The position numbers and the translations under genes were made by a program. The notes below the pieces were generated by a model. The model searched no databases, was not told where the DNA came from, and saw only the letters and a list, made by a program, of their open reading frames with translations. From positions 4,308 to 28,307 of the forward strand of contig DATGJP010000095.1 of NCBI GenBank assembly GCA_035295125.1: a DNA stretch of 24,000 nt, given 5' to 3'. Below are positions 7,952 through 15,337 of the stretch, piece after piece. This stretch comes from Bryobacteraceae bacterium. GTDB taxonomy: Bacteria > Acidobacteriota > Terriglobia > Bryobacterales > Bryobacteraceae. How positions within the stretch are numbered: the stretch's first letter is position 1; every line of letters starts with the position of its first letter.

Positions 7952-8791
7952 ATGGAAGACCCAAAAGATTTGCGCGTCCCGGACCCTTCAGCGACCGAGA
8001 TGTTGCAGTTGCTGGTGGACAATCTTCGAGATTACGCCATCATCCTGCTCGACACTGATGGGCGCGTCCTCACCTGGAACACCGCCGCCGAACGGATCAA
8101 GGGCTGGAAAGCCGACGAAATTATCGGCCAGCCGATCTCTCGTTTCTATACCAAAGAGGATGTCGAGGGCGGCAAGATTCAAACCGAGCTGAAATCCGCG
8201 GCCCAGGAGGGACGCTTCGAAGACGAAGGCTGGCGTGTTCGCAAGGACGGCCGCCGCTTCTGGGCGAACGTCATGATTACGGCACTGCGGGACAAGGATG
8301 GCACCCTCCGAGGTTTCGGCAAGGTAACCCGCGACCTCACGGAGCGCCGCAACAACGAAGAGAAGATCAAACGCCAGGCACAGGAAATCTTCGAAATGGC
8401 CGCGGTGCCCATTGTCCAGGTGTGGCAGGGTATCCTGCTGGTCCCGCTGATCGGCACATTGGACAGCCAGCGATCGCAGCAATTGATGGAGCGGCTCCTG
8501 CATCGTGTCACCGAAACACGCTCGTCCGTCGCCATTCTCGATATCACCGGCGTCCCGACCATCGATTCGCAGACCGCGCAGCATCTCATCGAAACGGTTT
8601 CCGCCGTCCGCTTGCTCGGCGCGGACGTAATTCTCACCGGCGTGCGTCCTAATATCGCGCAGACTCTCGTACATCTCGGAATCGACCTTTCCAATGTCAT
8701 CACGCGCGCCTCTTTGGCCTCCGGACTGGGGATGGCTTTAGGCATCCTGAACGCCAGCATCGTTGCGAAAGATCCCACTACGAACGCCTAG
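7952..8791 (+). CDS. rsbR: RsbR-like stressosome co-antagonist: N-terminal PAS sensor + C-terminal STAS
   Basis: PAS-like block: LLVDNLRDYAIILLDTDGRVLTWNTAAERIKGWKADEIIGQPISRFY...GWRVRKDGRRFWANVMITALRDKDGTLRGFGKVTRDLTERR. The C-terminal STAS reads PIVQVWQGILLVPLIGTLDSQRSQQL...AILDITGVPTIDSQTAQHLIETVSAVRLLGADVILTGVRPNIAQTLVHLGI, which closely parallels the B. subtilis RsbRA C-terminal pattern (IDITGVPVVDT...GIRPEIAQT). Confidence 0.85.
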   Translation: MEDPKDLRVPDPSATEMLQLLVDNLRDYAIILLDTDGRVLTWNTAAERIKGWKADEIIGQPISRFYTKEDVEGGKIQTELKSAAQEGRFEDEGWRVRKDGRRFWANVMITALRDKDGTLRGFGKVTRDLTERRNNEEKIKRQAQEIFEMAAVPIVQVWQGILLVPLIGTLDSQRSQQLMERLLHRVTETRSSVAILDITGVPTIDSQTAQHLIETVSAVRLLGADVILTGVRPNIAQTLVHLGIDLSNVITRASLASGLGMALGILNASIVAKDPTTNA

Positions 8792-8797
8792 GCCAGC

Positions 8798-9178
8798 ATG
8801 CATAACTTCGCGATTTCGGTTATTAAAATCCGGGATGTTCTGTTGGTGACCATGCCACCCGACCCCGACGATTCGACCATCTCCGCGCTGCAGGACAAGG
8901 TGCTCACGTCGATGGAAAAGTTCCCGGCCAAGGGCCTTATCCTCGATATCTCCGCTGTCGAGACGCTCGACTCCTTCTTCGCCCGCACCGTCGCGGAAAC
9001 CGCCCAGATGGTCACCTTGATGGGTGGCCGAACGATTATCGTGGGCATGCAGCCGGCCGTCGCGGTTACGGTTACCCAGATGGGCCTTACGCTGGGCAAC
9101 ATCGAGACTGCATTGGACGTGGACCGTGCCCTCGACCTCACCGCAAAGCCGGCGCCCCTCCTGAAAAGGCAGCGGTGA
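8798..9178 (+). CDS. rsbS: RsbS-like single-domain STAS protein (stressosome antagonist)
   Basis: 126 aa. The sequence IKIRDVLLVTMPPDPDDSTISALQDKVL...GLILDISAVETLDSFFARTVAETAQMVTLMGGRTIIVGMQPAVAVTVTQMGL is an RsbS-type STAS with the phosphorylatable Ser in the LDSF context. It starts 6 nt after the rsbR-like stop. Confidence 0.85.
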   Translation: MHNFAISVIKIRDVLLVTMPPDPDDSTISALQDKVLTSMEKFPAKGLILDISAVETLDSFFARTVAETAQMVTLMGGRTIIVGMQPAVAVTVTQMGLTLGNIETALDVDRALDLTAKPAPLLKRQR

Positions 9179-9591
9179 TGAGCGAGGTGCCGCCGTCTGG
9201 AGAAATGCGCATCGGCGCCGAAACCGATATCGTGGTGTCGCGCCGGACGGTCCGGGACGCAGCCACCCAGTTTGGTTTTAGTGCCACCGACGTGACGCGC
9301 ATCGTCACGGCCGCATCGGAACTCGCCCGCAACGTTTTCAAATATGCTGGCGAGGGCGTCATGCGATGGCGGCACCTGGAAACGAATGGCCGGGTGGGCA
9401 TCGAGCTGCAGTTTGTCGACCGTGGGCCGGGAATTGCCGATGTCGAACAGGCCATGGAGCAAGGCTATTCCACCGGCGGCGGTTTGGGTGTGGGCCTTCC
9501 GGGCGCGAAACGGCTGGTGGACGAGTTGGAGATTCAATCCGAGGTAGGTTCCGGTACCACCGTCACCTTGAAGAAATGGCGCAAGACGTAG
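9178..9591 (+). CDS. rsbT: RsbT-like GHKL serine/threonine kinase (anti-sigma-regulatory-factor type)
   Basis: The ATG at 9178 overlaps the rsbS-like TGA (GTGATG; an in-frame GTG at 9175 is an alternative start). N-box ELARNVFKYA, DRGPGI, and GGGLGVGLPGAKRLVDELEI, in a ~137-aa single-domain HATPase_c protein. Confidence 0.85.
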   Translation: MSEVPPSGEMRIGAETDIVVSRRTVRDAATQFGFSATDVTRIVTAASELARNVFKYAGEGVMRWRHLETNGRVGIELQFVDRGPGIADVEQAMEQGYSTGGGLGVGLPGAKRLVDELEIQSEVGSGTTVTLKKWRKT

Positions 9592-10601
9592 AAAGTGTTC
9601 CGATCGAAATCACGGTCGAATGCTCGGCTGACGTCCGCAAAGCCAGCGTGTCTGCAAAAAGCAGCGCGGGGGCGATCGGCTTCCCTGCCGATCATTGCGA
9701 GGAGGTCGGCCTCGTAGTGACGGAGCTCGGCGCCAATCTACTTCGCCATGCCTCCAGCGGAAAGATCACGGTTTCCGCAACGGGAAAGGACGACCGCAAG
9801 GGCATTCGGATCGAGTCTGAGGATTCTGGCCCCGGTATCCTCGACGTGGAGCAAGCCATGACGGATGGATATTCCACCATCGGCGGACTCGGGCTGGGCC
9901 TGGGGACCGTGAACCGTCTGATGGACGAGCTCGATATTTATCCGGGCCCGCGCGGCGGCACCCACATTATCTGCCAGCGCTACCTGCGCCCCAAGGCCTC
10001 TACGTCCTTCGACCGCGTGTTGGCATTCGGCACGGCGACGCGGCCGCGCCGCCCAATGGACGAGAACGGCGATGCCTTCATCATCAAGCAATGGGAGGGT
10101 AATGCCCTCCTCGGAGTGATCGACGGTCTCGGTCACGGGCAGTTCGCGCAGCGCGCGTCACGTGCCGCACGGCAATATGTCGAGCAGCACTTCGATCAAC
10201 CGCTCGAGAAGCTCTTTCGCGGCGCAGGCCGCGTGTGTCGTGGCACCCGGGGCGTCGTAATGGCCTTAGCGTGCGTCGATCATGCCCGGGCTAAACTCCG
10301 GGTCGCCAGCGTAGGAAATATCGAGGTCCGGTACGTGGGTGGTTCCGAACACTTCAGCCCCGTCGTTCGGCGCGGCATTGTCGGACTGAATGCTCCGGAG
10401 GCCGTGGTAACCGAGCACGCCTGGAATCCCGGCAGCCTGCTCATCATGCACTCGGACGGGCTTTCCACTCGTTGGGACTGGAACGATTTTTCCGATCTGG
10501 CGCGCGAAGCCCCTGAAATAATCGCGCAGCGGCTCATGCGAAAACTCGGCAAACCCGACGATGACGCAACTGTCGTCGTGGCGAGGAGTTCGGCCCAATG
10601 A
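9576..10601 (+). CDS. Fusion protein: second RsbT/RsbW-like GHKL ATPase domain + PP2C (SpoIIE/RsbX-like) phosphatase domain
   Basis: The ATG at 9576 overlaps the rsbT-like gene by 16 nt. The N-terminal domain has ELGANLLRHA, DSGPGILDVEQAMTDGYSTIGGLGLGLGTVNRLMDELDI, paralogous to the preceding gene. The C-terminal domain has ENGDAF, VIDGLGHG and HSDGLS, which are PP2C metal-binding motifs. The ORF-track start at 9366 lies inside the rsbT-like gene in another frame and is rejected. Confidence 0.8.
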   Translation: MAQDVESVPIEITVECSADVRKASVSAKSSAGAIGFPADHCEEVGLVVTELGANLLRHASSGKITVSATGKDDRKGIRIESEDSGPGILDVEQAMTDGYSTIGGLGLGLGTVNRLMDELDIYPGPRGGTHIICQRYLRPKASTSFDRVLAFGTATRPRRPMDENGDAFIIKQWEGNALLGVIDGLGHGQFAQRASRAARQYVEQHFDQPLEKLFRGAGRVCRGTRGVVMALACVDHARAKLRVASVGNIEVRYVGGSEHFSPVVRRGIVGLNAPEAVVTEHAWNPGSLLIMHSDGLSTRWDWNDFSDLAREAPEIIAQRLMRKLGKPDDDATVVVARSSAQ

Positions 10602-12280
10602 ATGGCGAAGCACAAACTCCCGTCGCGGCCGAGAGTCCCGTTGAGACCATCCGTATGTTGCAGGACGAATTGGCGCTCACCAATCGTGAAGTAATGGCTC
10701 TCACGATGGAGTTGGAAACGCGTTTGGAGCAATTGAGCGCGGCCGAGGAGCGCTTTCGGCGCCTGGCGGAAAACGCGCCGGATACGATTTACCGTTACGA
10801 GTTGCGCCCGGCGCCGGGGTTTACTTTCGTCAACACCCGCGCGTCGACGATGACAGGATATTCGATCGACGAGTTCTACCGCGATCCCGATTTGTGGAAG
10901 AAGATCGTCCATCCGGACGATCTGCCGCTGATCGAGCCGGTCCTGCAGGGCGACCGCGTAAACGATGAAGGAATCATCCTGCGTTGGATTGGCAAGGAAG
11001 GCTCGCTCATGTGGATCGAGCAACACCACAACGTGGTTCGGGATCAAAGCGGCCAGATCGTCGCCGTCGAATGCATCGCGCGCGACATCACCGAGCGAAA
11101 CAAACTCGAGGAAATGCTGCGCCATTCGCAGAAAATGGAGGCCATGGGGCGCCTGGCGGGCGGAGTGGCGCACGATTTCAACAATCTCCTCACCGTAATT
11201 CTCGGTTACTCGAACGTTCTCAGTGATCGACTCCCGGCGGACGATCCGCTTCGCAAACCGCTCGACGCGATTCAACGAGCTGGTCAGCAAGCCGCGTCAC
11301 TCACCGGTCAGCTTCTGGCTTATAGCCGCAAACAGGCGCTCCAGCCTCGAGTCCTGGACCTTAGCGCACTGATCGGCGAAATCAATGACATGCTCGAGCG
11401 GCTGATTGGTGAGGACGTAAGCCTGGCTGTCATTCAGGACGGCGCCTGCCACGTGAAGGGCGACTCCGGGCAGCTCACTCAGGTGGTGATGAACCTGGTG
11501 ATAAATGCCCGCGACGCCATGCCGCACGGCGGAAAACTGACCGTCGAAGCGCGCTGCGTTTTAAGAGAGAGCGAGGACATCGGCTGCCACACTTTTCGCG
11601 CCTCGGGACGATACGTGATGTTGGTGGTCAGCGATACGGGCTGCGGAATGACTCCCGAAGTTCAGTCGCACATTTTCGAGCCTTTCTACACCACCAAGGA
11701 GTTCGGCAAGGGGACTGGGCTGGGGCTCGCCACGATCTACGGAATCGTGCAGCAGCACGGCGGCTGGATCGACGTTTACAGCGAACTGGACCACGGCACT
11801 ACGTTTAAGGTCTACATTCCCGAAGCGTCAAGCGAGACTCCGGCCACAGTTCCCGCGGCGTCCGTGACCGGGACGAAGCGTCTCGCGACCATTCTGGTTG
11901 CGGAGGACCAGGCCGCGATCCGCCTGCTTGCCGAGGACGTTCTTTCCGAGGCGGGACACCGGGTGATTACGGCGGCAAACGGCCGCGCGGCCCTGGAACT
12001 TGCGCAAGACCACACCGGTGCAATCGATCTTCTGGTTACCGATGTTGTCATGCCCGGCATGAACGGGCCGGAACTCGCCAGCCACCTGAATCGAGCCTGC
12101 CCGGGGCTATTGGTTCTGTACACCTCTGGCTACACGGATCACGCTCTTCTGCACGGCGGCGTAATCGAAACGGGGACGGCGTTCCTTCAGAAGCCTTTTT
12201 TGCCCCAGGACCTGTTAGCAAAGGTCGACGAGCTGTTGACGAGCAGCCCCCCTGAACCACAGTCTGACCCTTGCTCGTAA
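10598..12280 (+). CDS. Soluble hybrid sensor histidine kinase: coiled-coil + PAS + HisKA + HATPase_c + receiver
   Basis: ATGA overlap with the upstream stop, and GAGGAG 9 nt upstream. PAS block: RFRRLAENAPDTIYRYEL...WIEQHHNVVRDQSGQIVAVECIARDITERNKLEE. H-box GGVAHDFNNLLTVILGY, N-box NLVINARDAM, DTGCGM, and GTGLGLATIYGIVQQHGG. The receiver reads ILVAEDQAAIR...IDLLVTDVVMPGMNG...LYTSGY...FLQKPF. No hydrophobic TM segment is present. Confidence 0.9.
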   Translation: MNGEAQTPVAAESPVETIRMLQDELALTNREVMALTMELETRLEQLSAAEERFRRLAENAPDTIYRYELRPAPGFTFVNTRASTMTGYSIDEFYRDPDLWKKIVHPDDLPLIEPVLQGDRVNDEGIILRWIGKEGSLMWIEQHHNVVRDQSGQIVAVECIARDITERNKLEEMLRHSQKMEAMGRLAGGVAHDFNNLLTVILGYSNVLSDRLPADDPLRKPLDAIQRAGQQAASLTGQLLAYSRKQALQPRVLDLSALIGEINDMLERLIGEDVSLAVIQDGACHVKGDSGQLTQVVMNLVINARDAMPHGGKLTVEARCVLRESEDIGCHTFRASGRYVMLVVSDTGCGMTPEVQSHIFEPFYTTKEFGKGTGLGLATIYGIVQQHGGWIDVYSELDHGTTFKVYIPEASSETPATVPAASVTGTKRLATILVAEDQAAIRLLAEDVLSEAGHRVITAANGRAALELAQDHTGAIDLLVTDVVMPGMNGPELASHLNRACPGLLVLYTSGYTDHALLHGGVIETGTAFLQKPFLPQDLLAKVDELLTSSPPEPQSDPCS

Positions 12281-12314
12281 CGAAGAAGACCGCGTCCCCG
12301 GATACGGATACCGG

Positions 12315-13037
12315 TCAGTAATACCAGTTCCTGAGCCGCACCTCGATCCCCGAACCCTCTAAAGCCTTCTGAAACGCAGCCGGATCGCTGCCCCTGTAAT
12401 GGTACGGATAGACCACCGCCGGATGGAACGCCCGCACAGCCTCCGCGGCCTCCTCCGGAGTCATTGTGTACGGCAAATTCATCGGAATGAACGCGACGTC
12501 GATTTTCGTCAGAGCCTTCATCTCCGGAATGCCCTCGGTATCGCCGGCGATATAGAATCGCTTGCCGCCGTAATGCAGAACGTAGCCGTTTCCCCGGCCC
12601 TTGTCGTGATAGAACTTGCCGGGCGAGGGACCGCGCTTCAGGTTGTACATCGGTACCGCCTGAATCCGCCAGTCCTGCCAGATCATCGATTCGTTATTTT
12701 TGACCGTCCGAACATTATTAATGGCCTCGTATACCGCATATGGCCCCATGATCACGGTATCCGGCTTGCTGAGTTTGTGGATCATCGCCTCGTCCATATG
12801 ATCGCCATGAATGTCGGTAATCAGAATCAGATCGGCCTTGGGCAAACCGTCGTAGTTGCCCTGACTCCACGGATCGACGTGAATCACCCTGCCGCCGCCT
12901 TCAATCATCATGCTGGCGTGATGAATCACGGTGATCTTAACAGGTCCGGCGCTCGTGGCAAACTCCTCCACCGGCCGCTGCGGTTGAGCGAACGCGGCGG
13001 CAACGGCGAGGAGCAGCAGTGCTGAACTGAGTCGCAT
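12315..13037 (-). CDS. Secreted MBL-fold (metallo-beta-lactamase superfamily) hydrolase
   Basis: The signal peptide is MRLSSALLLLAVAAAFAQ. The motif LILITDIHGDHMD is an HxHxDH-type metal motif with the first His replaced. The downstream segments FYIAGDTEG and AFIPMN fit the UlaG/Lactamase_B_2-3-like layout. Confidence 0.75.
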   Translation of the reverse strand: MRLSSALLLLAVAAAFAQPQRPVEEFATSAGPVKITVIHHASMMIEGGGRVIHVDPWSQGNYDGLPKADLILITDIHGDHMDEAMIHKLSKPDTVIMGPYAVYEAINNVRTVKNNESMIWQDWRIQAVPMYNLKRGPSPGKFYHDKGRGNGYVLHYGGKRFYIAGDTEGIPEMKALTKIDVAFIPMNLPYTMTPEEAAEAVRAFHPAVVYPYHYRGSDPAAFQKALEGSGIEVRLRNWYY

Positions 13038-13089
13038 AGTTACAGAATACCGTTGAGCGTCGCGCTTTCAGGCGCTACAGCCGGTTCGC

Positions 13090-14019
13090 CTATTCGATGC
13101 GGAAAGCTGCCATCTTGTTGACCCCCTCCACCACCCACTGACCGTTACCAATCCTCTCAGCGTTCAAACCGGTGGCACCCGATTGGTTGATGTACATATT
13201 AATTCCCTGATTGATCAGGTCTTGCGTAGCGGCGACAAACCAGTAACGGGTTCCCGAGTGCCACTGCGGGTTTGCTCCTATGCCCTGGTTGTCACCGAAT
13301 CCTCCGACAATAGCGGTGTTTCCATCGGCAGAAAGAGCTGTCGACGCTCCAAACGTGGCCAAACCGATGGCATCGGAAGGGACGAGTTTGTTGCCCTGTT
13401 GCGTCCAGGAGTTGTTCGTGCGCGTGAAGTCCAGGCTGCGCCGATGCCGGACGCGTCGTTCGGCGCCCCGGAAAGGAGCTTGTTTCCATCTGCGGAAAGC
13501 GCGACTGTTCCACCCTGGCTGGGGCCATTGCCGATAGCGCCAGAGCCAACGAGTTTATCGCCCTGCTGGCTCCAAACATCATTCGTACGCGTGAACACCC
13601 AGACTGCGCCCGTCAGGTTCGTGTCATTGGAAGCGCCGATTGCCACAGGCTTTCCGTCGGCTGAACTGGCGATTGTCGGCCCAGGTGCCTGCAACGATGG
13701 TGTTGCCATCCGCGGAGAGGGCGAGGGGCCCGACCTCGGTCCAGTCGAAGCCTGCGTCGATATTCGGCTGCTGGCTCCAGGTGCCGTTGGCGCGGGTAAA
13801 AACCGCAAGTGTTTTTGTAAGACCGTTGGGGGCTTGCGGATCGCTCCTGGTGGCGAGAATTAATGCGGTGTTGCCATCCCCGGAAAGCACCACGCTGCCA
13901 TTCAGCAAGACATTTCCCTGTTGGTAAAACTGGCCCGCAGCGTTTGCTGCCGGGACATAAATCAGCACAACGGCTATCAATAGGCGGAAAATAAAACGGG
14001 GTTCGAATAGAATTGCCAT
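13090..14019 (-). pseudogene. Secreted FG-GAP-like beta-propeller repeat protein, interrupted by two frameshifts
   Basis: A signal-like N-terminus MAILFEPRFIFRLLIAVVLIYVPAANAAGQ is followed by repeats of the type LSADGNT....G.......GA(V/A)WVFTRTN..WSQQG.KLVG. These are readable only by switching frames at about 13681 and about 13431. The pieces are ORFs 13624-14064, 13278-13808 and 13090-13362+. Confidence 0.75.
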
Positions 14020-14140
14020 GCCCGAATCGAGCCTCTGACACAAGTCTATATCCTGGACGTACATGCCTGCTTCGGAGCCGGTAAAGCATAAACCACCGCG
14101 AACGGCAATTTACGTGCCCAGAAAAAAGCCGGAGCACACG

Positions 14141-14578
14141 ATGTTACGCACTTCGACGGCTTGGTTACTCGGACTGGTATGTTTGTCGCCTTTTGCAGTA
14201 GGGCAGGTGCATGACGCCCGCATCGATAAGCTTGAAAAGGATACGGCACAACTCAAGGCCACTGTTGCGGAGCAGGACCGCAGAATCAATGAGTTGCAGA
14301 ACACTGTCAAGGCCTTGCAAGCAGCTCTTACGCCCGCGCCAAAGCCGATCCCGGCGCCCACGCCACTCTGGCAGGAGCCATCGAATTGGAACTTGATCCA
14401 ACCTGGAATGCCAGAAGCGCGGGTGGTGGAGATTCTGGGGCCGCCGACCGGCGTGGACGCGGATACCGACGTGCGAACCTTACGTTATGAGACCGGGTCG
14501 TCCGCAACGCGAATTCTGAAGGGCAGCGTAACGCTGACGGACGATCGCGTTACCTCTGCGCAGCCGCCGAAGTTCTAA
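14141..14578 (+). CDS. Secreted coiled-coil protein with C-terminal BamE/SmpA-OmlA-like domain
   Basis: The ATG at 14141 follows GGAG. The signal peptide is MLRTSTAWLLGLVCLSPFAVGQ and the heptad-like segment is IDKLEKDTAQLKATVAEQDRRINELQNTVKALQAAL. A Pro-rich linker is followed by WNLIQPGMPEARVVEILGPPTG...LRYETG...GSVTLTDDRV, which resembles the small BamE-type fold pattern. The ORF-track start at 14063 is rejected because it precedes the signal peptide. Confidence 0.65.
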   Translation: MLRTSTAWLLGLVCLSPFAVGQVHDARIDKLEKDTAQLKATVAEQDRRINELQNTVKALQAALTPAPKPIPAPTPLWQEPSNWNLIQPGMPEARVVEILGPPTGVDADTDVRTLRYETGSSATRILKGSVTLTDDRVTSAQPPKF

Positions 14579-14668
14579 CAGCAGCACCATCCTGCCTCCT
14601 TTCTACGCTTGATGCGGCGGCTGTCGTCGAGCACGAACCTGCGCTTCCCCAACTCTGTTTATTTTTCG

Positions 14669-14691
14669 TTGGAACGTGGAGGGCGTTCCAA
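14669..14691. promoter_or_regulatory. Palindrome TTGGAACG-N7-CGTTCCAA upstream of the 6-TM protein gene (candidate operator)
   Basis: ttggaacg (14669-14676) and cgttccaa (14684-14691) are exact reverse complements. The site lies 27 nt upstream of the ATG at 14718 and is preceded by a T-rich tract. An 8-bp arm is not statistically unusual in 24 kb, so only the position is suggestive. Confidence 0.25.
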
Positions 14692-14717
14692 ATCGTACAA
14701 CCGTTTCGGAGGCTAGG

Positions 14718-15290
14718 ATGGACATCCAGGACGCTCAAAGCGAAGTGCGGTTTGTTTACATTGGCGGCTTTTGGGGCCAGCTTGTCTCGTCCGTAATCTG
14801 GCTGGCGTCCGCAGCGCTAGGCACTTGGGCCACTCCAAAAGCTTCCATTCTGGCGGCCGTCATCGGGGGATTTTTTATCTTCCCCCTCACGCGCATGCTG
14901 CTGCGGCTGTCGGGTCATTCCGCAGGATTGAGCAAAGAGAACCAGTTTAATAGCCTGGGGATGCAGGTGGCGTTTGTGCTGCCGTTTTCAATGCTGCTTC
15001 TCATACCCGTCGGTCACTACAACTTAAACTTGTTTTTTCCGGCTCTGATGGTCCTCCTGGGAGCGCACTATTTGCCATTCAGTACTCTCTACGGGATGCG
15101 CATGTTCCTGTTCCTTGCGGGAATTCTCATCGCTATGGGTGTCGTAATCGCACGCTATTTTTCGGACATTTTCAGCCTGGGCGCCTGGGCCGCCGCACTG
15201 GCGCTATTCATTTTCGCCTGGATAGGACGCTCCATCGCGGTGGGTGAGGCCAGAACACACGTGAAAGCCGGCGTCGAAGGCAGGAATTGA
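14718..15290 (+). CDS. Integral membrane protein, about 6 predicted TM helices, unknown function
   Basis: The ATG at 14718 has GGAGG at 14708-14712 (5-nt spacer). Six hydrophobic stretches are present, for example LVSSVIWLASAALGTWA, ILAAVIGGFFIFPLTRMLL, VAFVLPFSMLLLIPVG, LFFPALMVLLGAHYLPF, FLFLAGILIAMGVVIARYF and LGAWAAALALFIFAWIG. Confidence 0.7.
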   Translation: MDIQDAQSEVRFVYIGGFWGQLVSSVIWLASAALGTWATPKASILAAVIGGFFIFPLTRMLLRLSGHSAGLSKENQFNSLGMQVAFVLPFSMLLLIPVGHYNLNLFFPALMVLLGAHYLPFSTLYGMRMFLFLAGILIAMGVVIARYFSDIFSLGAWAAALALFIFAWIGRSIAVGEARTHVKAGVEGRN

Positions 15291-15337
15291 CTCCTTTCCA
15301 TTCCTGGGCTTCCGATCTTTACGAATCGCCAGACATG

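Noticed and set aside
7131-7964. 277-aa minus-strand ORF, plus the smaller ORFs at 7091-7453 and 7622-7864
   Set aside because: These are antisense to, or off-frame within, the SDR gene, which has clear TGxxxGxG and YxxxK motifs.
9366-9575. Upstream extension of the phosphatase-fusion ORF (track start 9366)
   Set aside because: The extension lies inside the RsbT-like gene in a different frame and is Arg/Gly-rich nonsense. The ATG at 9576 gives an N-terminus collinear with RsbT.
10280-11290. 336-aa minus-strand ORF
   Set aside because: It is antisense to the phosphatase and histidine-kinase genes, whose motifs are unambiguous, so it is a shadow ORF.
12399-13025. 208-aa plus-strand ORF
   Set aside because: It is antisense to the MBL-fold hydrolase gene and has no motif.
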